This document shows positions 53,930-63,668 of a stretch of 64,000 nucleotides of DNA, piece by piece (the first letter of the stretch is position 1; each line of letters opens with the position of its first letter). Location of the stretch: contig CBDBLV010000004.1 in assembly GCA_965207225.1 (NCBI GenBank), positions 736,001 to 800,000 on the forward strand, in the 5' to 3' direction. Source of the stretch: Dehalococcoidia bacterium. GTDB lineage: Bacteria > Chloroflexota > Dehalococcoidia > Plut-88900. Under the pieces are notes generated by a model. It had not been told where the DNA came from. It searched no databases and was given only the letters and a program-made list of their open reading frames with translations. A program made the position numbers and the translations under genes.

Positions 53930-54250
53930 TCTCATCCAACGCCATTTCCATACCGAAGTCCGAGATTCATAAAGTGCAATTCCCAAAGCTGGCTCTGCAC
54001 ACTTCACGCCTGTTTCTCTGATTGCACGTTGTCAGTTTCCAAATCTGAGACTGTCTAGCAGGGGTGCAAGGATCCCCGGAATCGAAATGCTTGCTCCAGT
54101 GTAGGAGGATATCCCGTTCACTCCGACTTCGGCATGTATCCAACCTGCCGTCCCAGAAGATCGTCTGTACACAGGTGATACACCGCCGACGGCTCACCGG
54201 AAGACTGGTACAATGAGAGGAGTCTGCACTGGCCCGGGTACGCACAGTGT
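53930..54250 (-). repeat. Repeat family unit E (mirror of unit A)
   Basis: Reverse GGCGGTGTATCACCTGTGTACAGACGATCT..GGACGGC matches 6333-6372; also GGAGCAAGC..GATTCCGGGG. Confidence 0.7.
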
Positions 54251-54344
54251 GCCCCTCACGCACCTTGCGCTTTTGCTGGACAGCACGACGACCAAGGCGC
54301 ATCCGGGCGGACTGGCGTGCTGACAGAAAGGTCAATAATCCATA

Positions 54345-54767
54345 GGCAGGTCTCGTGGCGGGTTGACAACAAAGACCCGCATGGCGTCCTCATGTGAGCG
54401 TACACCGGTGATCTTTCCGTTGTATGGCGAACAGACTCACAACGCTCCCACAGGATTCAAGCTATTGGAACGGTGGGGACGATAGTGTGGGAGTCCGCAC
54501 ATAGCGAAGGACCGAGCCGTGCGACACATCAGTTGGCCTTGGGTCCGGGGCATTCAGTTGTTGTTCCCCCTCGCAGGAGTCGCCCGAAGTCGTGGGAGTA
54601 TGACTGGGAGTTGTACAGGAGGCCCAATGAGGTGGAGAGTCTGTTCGCAGAATGAAAGGCCTTCGTGGGATCTTCACTCGTTATGACAAGCATGAAGAGC
54701 TCTACATCGGATTCACCATCTTTGGACCCATCTGCGATGCGCTACGTAGTGTGAACCAAGCCTTAGT
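54345..54767 (+). mobile_element. IS5-family (IS427-like) transposase C-terminal relic
   Basis: GGLTTK..VVPPRRSR..WEYDWELYRRPNEVESLF..KGLRGIFTRYDK; frameshifted. Confidence 0.7.
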
Positions 54768-54797
54768 TCCAAGAGGCCTGATTGTCATCTCCTTCCC

Positions 54798-56234
54798 CTA
54801 CATAAAGAACCGGAACTGGTAGGGCGTGCGCCTTAGATTGGGCATCCGCTTGACCACGCGAGCGAGTACCTTGGCGTAGGACAGTGTAACGGGAAGGTCA
54901 TCGTATAGAGAGTCGTTGTTCCAATTCATTTTGGATAGTCCGAGTATAGCGAGGGCCGTCTCGTCCCATGAACCGTGTCCTGCGTGGCGGACCAAACGAA
55001 GTGGTCGAGGCGTACTCCTAGATCCTTTGAAGAAAGACCGTCCGTTGTTGCTGATACCATGCACATCGCCGTGAGTCCACAGCAACGCATCACGCGGCCC
55101 AAGGCCGACTAGAGTACCTCGTGTGACAGGGAACGGAGTGGGGCCCTCCTTGCGAGACATGCGTTGCCGATCGAAATTTACGCCGCGCCAGCCGACATCT
55201 TCGACGACCTGCACCAAGTCAACTGATTCGCAGAGATGGAACGCATCCATGCAGCCTTCTACTTCTTGCCACTTGAACTCGGTCGTCTTGTGGACTATTA
55301 CTCGACGGGGTGACCTTCCTGCATGGCGACGGCGGTACAGGTCCATCGACCGGGTCATCACCCGAAACATCTCGGTTTTTGATAGGAATGGGTTGCGCTG
55401 ACGGACCTCAAAGTCGTGCGTGTCGTAGGCGACGAACTCGATCCCAGCGCCCTCTGCGTCGAAAACCTGGCTACAGCACGTCACAAACCGGGAATTGCTC
55501 GAACTTTGCGGACGGATAGCATATGAAATCCCGATGTGAGCGGTCTCTGAATCTGTATCTGCCAATTTCCATGGTACTCCACCAGCCTTAGCGTAGAGCG
55601 CCAATCCAATACGCCACGCAACACTCGCTCTGCAGTTATAGGCCAGCGCCTTGTCTTCACGTATAATTTGAATCGGCATCCCTAGCGATGCCGTGGTAGC
55701 TTTCAGATGGTCATGAAGATCGAAGTCTTCGTCTGACTTTCCCTTGAAACCTATTTCACAACGTTTCGGGAGGTAGGCGAGGACGACGTCGAAGTCATTT
55801 CTTACAGCGTGTAGGCGCTGTATAGCCCGGACCAGACTTTCCGCTAGAACGACATGCGGTGTACTTGAACGACGCAGATCAGTGTCCAAGCCGTGATCGA
55901 GTTTGACATCGCAGTTACCACCCGCCAAGCTCAGCCGAAGTCTGAAGGCATTGCTAAATCCCGGCCAAGCCGGCAAGTAATCCCTCCGTTCAAGAGGATT
56001 GTGAGTGGAGTCTAATTCACTAATGAGGGCTTGTAGTCGCCCATGCTCTCCGCTCGGCACGATCGTTGCGATCCTAATAGGGTCAGGCACAAATCCGCTT
56101 GAAAATGGCCCGTGCCTCAACAGTCCTCTCAGGGGATGAGCTTCAGTGACCGAGGTTCCGTTCGGACGAAACAGCAGATTGGGCTCGGGTAGCCAGATGT
56201 GCGGAGCGATTTCCGGGGCTCTATTGCTCCTCAT
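54798..56234 (-). CDS. Short prokaryotic Argonaute (MID + catalytically inactive PIWI)
   Basis: HPLRGLLRHGPF; FDLHDHLKA..IQII..LYAKAGGVPWK (MID); AHIGISYA without the catalytic Asp; VIVHKTTEF; LSKMNWNN..LPVTL; C-terminal PYQFRFFM. Confidence 0.93.
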   Translation of the reverse strand: MRSNRAPEIAPHIWLPEPNLLFRPNGTSVTEAHPLRGLLRHGPFSSGFVPDPIRIATIVPSGEHGRLQALISELDSTHNPLERRDYLPAWPGFSNAFRLRLSLAGGNCDVKLDHGLDTDLRRSSTPHVVLAESLVRAIQRLHAVRNDFDVVLAYLPKRCEIGFKGKSDEDFDLHDHLKATTASLGMPIQIIREDKALAYNCRASVAWRIGLALYAKAGGVPWKLADTDSETAHIGISYAIRPQSSSNSRFVTCCSQVFDAEGAGIEFVAYDTHDFEVRQRNPFLSKTEMFRVMTRSMDLYRRRHAGRSPRRVIVHKTTEFKWQEVEGCMDAFHLCESVDLVQVVEDVGWRGVNFDRQRMSRKEGPTPFPVTRGTLVGLGPRDALLWTHGDVHGISNNGRSFFKGSRSTPRPLRLVRHAGHGSWDETALAILGLSKMNWNNDSLYDDLPVTLSYAKVLARVVKRMPNLRRTPYQFRFFM

Positions 56235-57973
56235 GCTCCCACTCTCCTTGAACCGGCGGTTCGTGAGGACAATCGGAACGCCGCGTCAATACCATCAGAT
56301 GTTCCAATCGCACGAAGTTCGTCGCCATTTTGAGAGAGATGCTTGGACCAGAAATCAATTATGTCGTTGAGTTTTATGTTGTATCTAGTGGCGGTTCGCT
56401 CGCGGGCGAAGTCAGATGCCGCAAACCGATTGGCGTCATCGATACCGTCGAAAACAATACGAGGCTCGAACAGCGTCCAGAGACGATCATTCGCCCAATC
56501 TAAACGGACACCAACGCCTTCACGCCAACGGAGTTGCGGAAGTCTTGGTACCGTTCCAGCAAGTGGCCCTACTATCTCTCTAAGGCGAGACCATTCCGCA
56601 TTCATCGGGTCACGTGGAGCAAGCAGGTCCGAGTGTCTCCGTCTGATCGCAGCCAAGCCACATTCCCTCTCCAGTGCACTTGTCTGGGCTTCACGTAATA
56701 GCCCTCGCTCTGTCGAATCATAGCGCTGCCGACGCTGGTCGAGGGCATAGATGTCGAAGCTCTCTACTCCAAACCGGTCGAAGGCAGTTTGGATGTCTGC
56801 GTCTGCTCCAAAGGCTAGTACACCATGCTGCGAGCGGACTGCAATTACGTTTACCCCAGCGTGCCTTACGGCCTCACGGACTTCAGCGGTACCGCCGATG
56901 TCGCAGGCTACGAGTCTGCAAACGCTGGGGGTCTTCTTCAATTCCAATGCGTTCAGACGGATTATTGGATGACCCATTCGCCCCCGTGGAATTGGTGCTG
57001 GACTCCAGACTTTCCGTGCTTGGGCAAACGTGTCCAACGCGGTTGTGTCCAGCCCACCAATCAAGCGAGTTAAATCCCGCATCACCTCATCGAAGTTATC
57101 GACTGACACGAGAGCCGCTTCTACCCCTGCATTCGGGGCGCGGTTCATAAGATGCGCAACGCGTGTCAACGGCGAATCGTCACCTCGATGTAACCAGAAT
57201 AGCCCCGCAGGGAATGTATTGGGTTCAGAAATAGCCAGTTCGATGGAGTCCATCACAGAATCATCACGACCGCTGTAACCAACTACCACGAGCCCATTCT
57301 GACGACAGGAATCCACCAACGCCTGCCTCATAGCCGAGTCCTGCTTTCTGAGTTCATCAGGTGTGTTCTTCAGCCTCCGAGAGCGGAAGTCACCGTGTAG
57401 CTTTACCTCCACAGGCCATCGCCCTTCCTGAATCGCCTCCAATGCACGACTGGAGGAATCCAGGTCGGCCGTCGTCAGATTGCCTGTACTGCCGAAGACC
57501 GTAGCGGAAGCGTCCGCCACCAACGCATCAAAATTGGTCGTCCACACGATTCGAGTCCGGTTCGCCTCCATAAGCGTCGCCAGCGCGATGTGGCCGTAGG
57601 AAGGTCTCGCGTCTGTTAACTTACCGTCCAGATAGGCCCTCCTGTCGGCCTCGGCAGGATAAACTTCCTCGAACAGCGCCGCATACTCGTCAGGGTCTCC
57701 CGGAGAAGGAAGCGTTCCCAGCGAATCAACATGGCTCTGGAGCCTATTGCGCACAATTGGATTGGACAGGTCGGCAACCTCATGGGGCGACACTCTACGC
57801 TGACTAACAAACAGTTGCTGTTTGAAATCCCAGATCATGTCTGCCGCAGTGGGTACGCCCGCCGCAGCCGACGCACCAGCGCCAAGGAGCCACATCAGAT
57901 TCTGAGCGCGCATGGAGAAGCGGCGCGCAAAGTCGTCGGCATCGATGTACGGCAGATTTGGTTGATGAATCAA
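56231..57973 (-). CDS. SIR2-APAZ NADase partner of short pAgo (SPARSA-type)
   Basis: LLGAGASAAAG, WTTNFD, KLHGDF, VVGYSGRDDSVM (SIR2); C-terminal PIIRLNAL..WREGV..RYN APAZ-like region; ATGA overlap with pAgo. Confidence 0.92.
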   Translation of the reverse strand: MIHQPNLPYIDADDFARRFSMRAQNLMWLLGAGASAAAGVPTAADMIWDFKQQLFVSQRRVSPHEVADLSNPIVRNRLQSHVDSLGTLPSPGDPDEYAALFEEVYPAEADRRAYLDGKLTDARPSYGHIALATLMEANRTRIVWTTNFDALVADASATVFGSTGNLTTADLDSSSRALEAIQEGRWPVEVKLHGDFRSRRLKNTPDELRKQDSAMRQALVDSCRQNGLVVVGYSGRDDSVMDSIELAISEPNTFPAGLFWLHRGDDSPLTRVAHLMNRAPNAGVEAALVSVDNFDEVMRDLTRLIGGLDTTALDTFAQARKVWSPAPIPRGRMGHPIIRLNALELKKTPSVCRLVACDIGGTAEVREAVRHAGVNVIAVRSQHGVLAFGADADIQTAFDRFGVESFDIYALDQRRQRYDSTERGLLREAQTSALERECGLAAIRRRHSDLLAPRDPMNAEWSRLREIVGPLAGTVPRLPQLRWREGVGVRLDWANDRLWTLFEPRIVFDGIDDANRFAASDFARERTATRYNIKLNDIIDFWSKHLSQNGDELRAIGTSDGIDAAFRLSSRTAGSRRVGA

Positions 57974-58062
57974 ATCACTATTCTTCTTTCAGGTACTGTG
58001 GTAACCTGCGCTCTTCGTCAGCGCTGGCGGCTCCATCCTAAGACTTATACAGGAGGATAACT

Positions 58063-61000
58063 TCAGCTCTCCTTCTCGTCAGCGTTGCGATGGGCGCTGA
58101 GGTACTGGTCGAAGAGATGATTCTTGATCACTTCGCCAAAGGGCGGGTCGTTTGTGATCCGCTTGTATAGGTCGAAATTCAAATCGACGATCTCTTGGAT
58201 GATCTCCTCGACCTTGTGGTCGAAGGCGATGCGTATGTTCTCCAACGTGTTGACCTTAGCGGCCGCGTCCAGCGCGACGTCTTCTTCAAGCCGTTTCATC
58301 ATCCGACCAAGCGTAACGCGGTGTTCGGGCCCGAGTTCGATGCCGAAGCGCTCGTTGAGGTCGGCTATGATGCGAGAAAGAGCTTCCAAATCTTCCGGAC
58401 TGCTTTCGCGTAGGTCCTTCGTCCCCACGGGATCGAGTGCGCCAGCCTTGCCTTTCCGATCCAGTACGACCTTCCCGCTTCCGGTCCGCTGGATACGATA
58501 GGACTCCATATCGATGTTGTGCTGAATCTCCCGGGGCAACTCCTCCCCGTCGTGGGGCAGCAGCCGACGTAGATGACGGGCAAAGGCGTAGAGTTTCTCT
58601 AGTCCGACATCCGAGAATGGGAGGACCTGAGCTAGGAAGGAGTACAGCCGCACGTAGTCGGAGAGTTCGCCCCGGAATTCATGACGCTCGTCCTCATGCA
58701 TCTCCTTGAAGCGTTGGACCACAGGGGCGAGGGCGGAATAGAGGCGGTCCTGGGCGGAGTTGGCTCCGAAATAGATCGCTGCGAAGTCTTTCACATCCGT
58801 CTCAGTGAAGACAGGGAACTCTGCCATGCGGCCCTGTTTCTCGTATAGTAGGTTGGGATCGGTCGCTTCCGACAGAATGGTCGTCTCGTAGTAAGGCTCA
58901 AAGGACGCCCTGATGTCGTCGGACTCGTTGGCGAAGTCGAGCACCATCGTGCTCTGCTTCTCAGGGTGCGTGCGGTTCAGCCGCGAAAGGGTCTGCACCG
59001 CATTCACTCCGCCGAGCTTCTTGTCGAGGTACATCGTGTGCAGTAACGGCTGATTGAAGCCGGTCTGGAACTTGTTGGCTACGATCAAGAACCGGTACTC
59101 GGGGAGTTCGAAGGTATTGGCGGTCTGCGCCTCTGAGATAGCATTCATCCCAGACTCAGTGTAGGACTGACCGCCGTCTTGAACCATCCCTGAGAAAGCG
59201 ACTAGCGCCTTGAAGGGGTTCCCCAACTCCGCCAGATACCTGTCCAGAGCCAGCTTGTAACGTACAGCGTGTAGGCGGGAACGGGTGACTATCATGGCTT
59301 TCGCCCTACCGCCAATCTCACTTTGGGCGTTGCCGACAAAGTGATCGACCATGACCCGCACCTTCTGGTCGATGGCGTGCGGATGGAGGTCCACGAAAGA
59401 TCTGAGCAGGTAGTCCGCCTTGTTCCTATCGTATCGCGGATCTTCTTCGATTTTCTTGATGAGCCGCCAATAGACCTTGTACGTAGTGTAGCTCTCCAGT
59501 ACGTCGCGGATGAATCCTTCCTCGATTGCCTGTCTCATACTGTAAAGATGGAAGGGCGCGAACGACCCGTCAGGCTGCTTGTTCCCGAAGAGCTCAAGTG
59601 TCTTGGACTTGGGCGTGGCGGTAAATGCAAAGGTCGATACGTTGGGGAGGTGCTTTCGCTTTTCCATCTCCGCCAGAACCAAGTTGTCGAGTTCTTCCTC
59701 CGGGGTCTGGGCTTCCGTCTCCTCCGACTCGGCCTCGTCGAGGGACGGGGCGGCGAGCACGGACTTTAGACCCTTCGTACTCTCGCCTGATTGGGAAGAG
59801 TGCGCTTCGTCGACGATCAGGGCAAAACGCCTGCCCGGAAGTTCCCCGATTTCTTCAGCGATCACGGGGAACTTCTGAAGTGTGGTGACAATTATGGTCT
59901 TGCCACCTTCCAGTGCCTGCTTCAACTGCCGAGAGGTCCTGTCTATGTTCTCCACGACGCCCAGAGTCTGCTCGAACTGGCGCATCGCGCTCTGAAGCTG
60001 GCGGTCGAGTACGCGCCGGTCAGTAATCACGACAATCGAGTCGAAGACGCGCCGGTCGCTGGCGTCGTGAAGGGTCGAAAGCTGATGGGCGAGCCACGCG
60101 ATGGTGAAGGTCTTGCCACTGCCCGCAGAGTGCTGTATCAGGTAACGCTGCCCCGCGCCCTGAAACCGCGCATCAGCCACCAACCTCCGAACGCAATCAA
60201 GCTGCTGGTAGCGCGGGAAGATGAGGAAGCGCCTACCATTCCTCCTTCCTTGATCGCCTTCCTCATGTACCTCATGGATGAACCGGCGTACCAGCTCAAG
60301 CACGCTTTCAGGCGCCCAAGTTTCCTCCCAGAGGTAGGATGTTGGGTAGCCGTTCTGGGTCGGCGAGACAGGCGGATTGCCGGCCCCTCCGAACTTGCCT
60401 CGGTTGAAGGGAAGGAAGCGCGTTTCAGGCCCAGCCAGTCTGGTAGTCACGTAGATGAGATCTGGGTCCACGGCGAAGTGGGCGAGGCAACGCCCAGGTG
60501 CAAGCAACGGTTCCCTCGGGTCGCGGTCGATCCTGTATTGGCGGATAGCGTCCACGACGGTCTGGCCCGTCAGTGGGTTCTTGAGCTCAGCGGTGAAGAT
60601 AGGGATGCCGTTTAGAAATAGCGCGAGGTCAAGGCTCCTGTTGCTCTTCTCGCTGTAGTGAAGCTGCCGGACAACCGAAAAGAGGTTCGCGGCGTGCAGA
60701 CGTTTGGTCTCCTCGTTCAACCCGCTGGCTGGCCGGAAAAATGCGAGTTGAAACTTGCATCCCATGTCCCGGATTCCTGTACGGAGCACATCGAGCGCGC
60801 CCCTGCGCCCGATCTCGGACGCTAGACGCTTTAGAAACCGCTCCTCGACCGCCGTTCCGTGATGCTCGGCAAGTCTCTTCCACTCACGCGGCTGGGTTGC
60901 TAGAACGAAGTCCAGCGCGTCACGTTGGATGAGGCAGAGGGTCTTGTCGTAATTCTCGGTGCTGCGTTTCGAGTATCCACCAGACGGCACATCTACGTAG

Positions 61001-61092
61001 GAATGTCGCTCCTCAGCGACCATGCCGTCACGCTGGAGCAAGGCCGCCACTATGGCGTCCTCAAACGCCCGCTCTGAAACGTCTGCGCTCAC
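58063..61092 (-). CDS. hsdR: Type I restriction enzyme R subunit
   Basis: LDLALFLNGIP..ELKNP nuclease motif; QHSAGSGKT, DEAHSSQ, FTATPK, KFQTGF, VQTLSRLNR. Confidence 0.95.
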   Translation of the reverse strand: MSADVSERAFEDAIVAALLQRDGMVAEERHSYVDVPSGGYSKRSTENYDKTLCLIQRDALDFVLATQPREWKRLAEHHGTAVEERFLKRLASEIGRRGALDVLRTGIRDMGCKFQLAFFRPASGLNEETKRLHAANLFSVVRQLHYSEKSNRSLDLALFLNGIPIFTAELKNPLTGQTVVDAIRQYRIDRDPREPLLAPGRCLAHFAVDPDLIYVTTRLAGPETRFLPFNRGKFGGAGNPPVSPTQNGYPTSYLWEETWAPESVLELVRRFIHEVHEEGDQGRRNGRRFLIFPRYQQLDCVRRLVADARFQGAGQRYLIQHSAGSGKTFTIAWLAHQLSTLHDASDRRVFDSIVVITDRRVLDRQLQSAMRQFEQTLGVVENIDRTSRQLKQALEGGKTIIVTTLQKFPVIAEEIGELPGRRFALIVDEAHSSQSGESTKGLKSVLAAPSLDEAESEETEAQTPEEELDNLVLAEMEKRKHLPNVSTFAFTATPKSKTLELFGNKQPDGSFAPFHLYSMRQAIEEGFIRDVLESYTTYKVYWRLIKKIEEDPRYDRNKADYLLRSFVDLHPHAIDQKVRVMVDHFVGNAQSEIGGRAKAMIVTRSRLHAVRYKLALDRYLAELGNPFKALVAFSGMVQDGGQSYTESGMNAISEAQTANTFELPEYRFLIVANKFQTGFNQPLLHTMYLDKKLGGVNAVQTLSRLNRTHPEKQSTMVLDFANESDDIRASFEPYYETTILSEATDPNLLYEKQGRMAEFPVFTETDVKDFAAIYFGANSAQDRLYSALAPVVQRFKEMHEDERHEFRGELSDYVRLYSFLAQVLPFSDVGLEKLYAFARHLRRLLPHDGEELPREIQHNIDMESYRIQRTGSGKVVLDRKGKAGALDPVGTKDLRESSPEDLEALSRIIADLNERFGIELGPEHRVTLGRMMKRLEEDVALDAAAKVNTLENIRIAFDHKVEEIIQEIVDLNFDLYKRITNDPPFGEVIKNHLFDQYLSAHRNADEKES

Positions 61093-62450
61093 GCTGTCTC
61101 CTCTCGAACGTCGATCCTACCAGTGACCACCGCCTCAATGAGGGCGGTACGAAGTTCCTCCAGATATTTGATCGCGTCTCTGACTCTCGCTATGGGCGCG
61201 TCGAGCTTTGCCGCCCCTCTGTCGAGATGGCAAACAATTGCTCGCTGTTCCAGCATTGGAGGCCTTGCCAAAACCAGATCTCCGATCTGCTCGAAGTTGA
61301 GAGCGTCTCGAGAGACACCATTCTCGTTGTTGAATATCTGGTCTTGCATTGAATATGATTCTATGGAGTAGGCCAAGAACGAGGGAGAATCTCGTCGCTG
61401 GTCTAGTCGAACGATGCACACGTGTTGGTTCACATTGGCAGTCGATGCATCTAGGTGGGCTGCACAGCATCGGCCTAGTGATGCACCTGTGATATTCAAA
61501 AGCACATCGTCTTCTTTAACTCGACTACGAGCCATCTCAGTGTCTGTCGCAGCATCAATGTAGACGACATCGTTGAGGCGCAGTCCTCCAAAATGCACAT
61601 TCTGGCTGCGAATCAACATAATCCCCTCATCTACATAGACTTCTGCACCGCCCTTAGGCGTCTTGCCGCTTCCTATCTTCTCAGCCAGATGCTTCATGCG
61701 CTTCACCTCCCAGTGCACAGGTATCTCACCCAGCCACTCAACGCCAGAGTCTTTCATAGGCACGTCGAGGTCGAGGCCCTTGGTGACGGCGCGGCTAATG
61801 AGGGCGGTGCGCTTCTCCTGAAGCAGCTCAATCAACCGCTGTTTCTTCACTATTAAGGAGTCGATCTTCGCCGTCTCCCTGTCGAGGAAGGCGACGATGG
61901 CGCGTTGCTCTGCTACAGGTGGGATAGGGTGTCTTAGATCCTCAATAAACGACTCCGGTACACGCTTTTGCCCTCCAGCACCGTACATTTCGGCTTCGCC
62001 GAGCTTGCGGAAGGATTTACTAAAGGTCAGGTAGAAGGCGAACCTATTGTCAAGCCCCGATCTACATCTCATCACGTGGAGTTCGGTCGTGCCAAAGGCG
62101 ATCCCATTTAGAAGTCCTTCCGCTAGGGAGCCCTTCCCATTTTCAAAACATGGAGTGATCTTCGCAACTAGGACGTCACCATCACTGAAGTAGGTATAGC
62201 CTTTAGTTACGTCGGCGAGTTCTCGTGACAGCGATAGATCCAAGCCGCCATATTCACCAATTGCCTTCATTGGAACAAAGGAAACTTCCATATCTGGGGC
62301 CAGTCTCCGTACCTCCGACACACTTGGATTTAGGTCGGCAGCATACTTCAACCTCAACACCTTCCAGTGTGTCGGAATCTCTCCCAGCCATCCGACGCCG
62401 GAGTCCCTGTAGGCCGGATAAGGTTTGTGTTCTGCAGTTAGAGTCGCCAT
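61089..62450 (-). CDS. hsdS: Type I restriction enzyme S subunit
   Basis: YPAYRDSGVGWLGEIPTHW, PPVAEQRAIVAFLDRETAKID, MKDSGVEWLGEIP, AVVTGRIDV. Confidence 0.95.
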   Translation of the reverse strand: MATLTAEHKPYPAYRDSGVGWLGEIPTHWKVLRLKYAADLNPSVSEVRRLAPDMEVSFVPMKAIGEYGGLDLSLSRELADVTKGYTYFSDGDVLVAKITPCFENGKGSLAEGLLNGIAFGTTELHVMRCRSGLDNRFAFYLTFSKSFRKLGEAEMYGAGGQKRVPESFIEDLRHPIPPVAEQRAIVAFLDRETAKIDSLIVKKQRLIELLQEKRTALISRAVTKGLDLDVPMKDSGVEWLGEIPVHWEVKRMKHLAEKIGSGKTPKGGAEVYVDEGIMLIRSQNVHFGGLRLNDVVYIDAATDTEMARSRVKEDDVLLNITGASLGRCCAAHLDASTANVNQHVCIVRLDQRRDSPSFLAYSIESYSMQDQIFNNENGVSRDALNFEQIGDLVLARPPMLEQRAIVCHLDRGAAKLDAPIARVRDAIKYLEELRTALIEAVVTGRIDVREETA

Positions 62451-62480
62451 CGCGCAATCAATTCCTGGAGGGGTGATGAA

Positions 62481-63059
62481 TCACAACAGAGATGTGAGTG
62501 CTGGGAGCACAGGTACAAGAATGGATATGTGATCCGCTGCGGCAGCTACGAAATCTCTGTAGGCTCTTGTGAAGTCGCCTGTGGCTCGACTACGTTCCAT
62601 ATCGTCTACTAATTCGAGCAGAACTTCAAGATCAGGTGAATCAGCTGCAAACTCACGTAGTAGGTCGCGAAGTTGTGAGAACAACTGCTCTGGCTGGCTA
62701 CTGATGGTGTTCTGCGATCGATCGCTCGAGTAGAGGTTCACTCTTGCCTGAGGGCTATGTGAAACTTGCAGGTTGACACTGCTCGGTTGAAGTTGGTGCT
62801 GTTGGACTCCTTCGCGCCGATAGTCAATCTCATAAAAGTCTCGAATTCCGCCGTTACCTTTCCACACTTGAAAGTCCGTGACCAGTAAGACTTCTCTCTG
62901 ACCGCTAGGCAACTCGCGCTCGATTCTATCGCCTATGGACAGAGGGATCGTGACGTCATTTATGAAGATTTGCCCTTTCTGGACGGATGCACGAACGTTC
63001 TCGTGCTTGCTTCCGTCCTCGTGCAGCACCGTGACGATGTCTTTCATCAGACTTCTCAT
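62481..63059 (-). CDS. Hypothetical protein (beta-rich N-domain, helical C-domain)
   Basis: GGGAGGA RBS before ATG 63059; lies between the TIR gene and hsdS on the same strand. Confidence 0.7.
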   Translation of the reverse strand: MRSLMKDIVTVLHEDGSKHENVRASVQKGQIFINDVTIPLSIGDRIERELPSGQREVLLVTDFQVWKGNGGIRDFYEIDYRREGVQQHQLQPSSVNLQVSHSPQARVNLYSSDRSQNTISSQPEQLFSQLRDLLREFAADSPDLEVLLELVDDMERSRATGDFTRAYRDFVAAAADHISILVPVLPALTSLL

Positions 63060-63084
63060 CTCAGTTCCTCCCGGGGATGGTGCG

Positions 63085-63654
63085 TTAGTCTGTCCAGCCT
63101 TCAGAGCATTTGCGCCGAGTCCAATTCCGGCCAAATGACCTTCTCGCATTATCCGGTGGAGCTCCCTGTCTACGGATGAATGCTCGATGGATCCACTCAG
63201 CAATCTGAGCCGGCGTCCATGGCTGTGGCCATCTATGAATTAGTGCATATGGATCGCTGCCCCGGCAGTTGTCTGCCAGCCTGGGAGGCATCAGTCGTGA
63301 GTTGTAGGTCCGTTTGCGGAAATCTGGATGGTTAGGGAGCAAGATACCGATGAGGCCGCATCTGGAGTTCTTCTTCGTCTTCCGTATGCTGGCGCCTATC
63401 TCCCAGTCCACATGCTTCCTCTGCCATGTGCAGGGACCGATTAGCACAATCGTGACTGACGCATCTCTGATGTACCCGTCGCGTATCTTCTGACGAATTG
63501 TGGTTGTCTTGAGTCCAGTGTCGTCGATGTTTCCTGTGTCAACTGATCTGTCAACTATGCGTTTTCCCATCATACGGACGAAGCACTCCTTGTATTCAAT
63601 GTCCTTCTCGTGAAAGCTAATGAACACCTTATGTATAGGCGTTTTGGCTGCCAT
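63085..63654 (-). CDS. TIR-like domain protein (ThsB / MTH538 / DUF1863-like)
   Basis: HKVFISFH..IRQKIR..ASVTIVLIGPCTWQRKHVDWEI (catalytic Glu)..GLIGILLP. Confidence 0.88.
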   Translation of the reverse strand: MAAKTPIHKVFISFHEKDIEYKECFVRMMGKRIVDRSVDTGNIDDTGLKTTTIRQKIRDGYIRDASVTIVLIGPCTWQRKHVDWEIGASIRKTKKNSRCGLIGILLPNHPDFRKRTYNSRLMPPRLADNCRGSDPYALIHRWPQPWTPAQIAEWIHRAFIRRQGAPPDNARRSFGRNWTRRKCSEGWTD

Positions 63655-63668
63655 GATTCTGCTCCCGA

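Noticed and set aside
54798-57973. SIR2-APAZ/short pAgo as a new system
   Set aside because: It matches the described SPARSA architecture; only its operon context is noted.
63060-63203. N-terminal extension of ORF 62481-63203 overlapping the TIR gene
   Set aside because: A better RBS and ATG lie at 63059, so the overlap is unnecessary.
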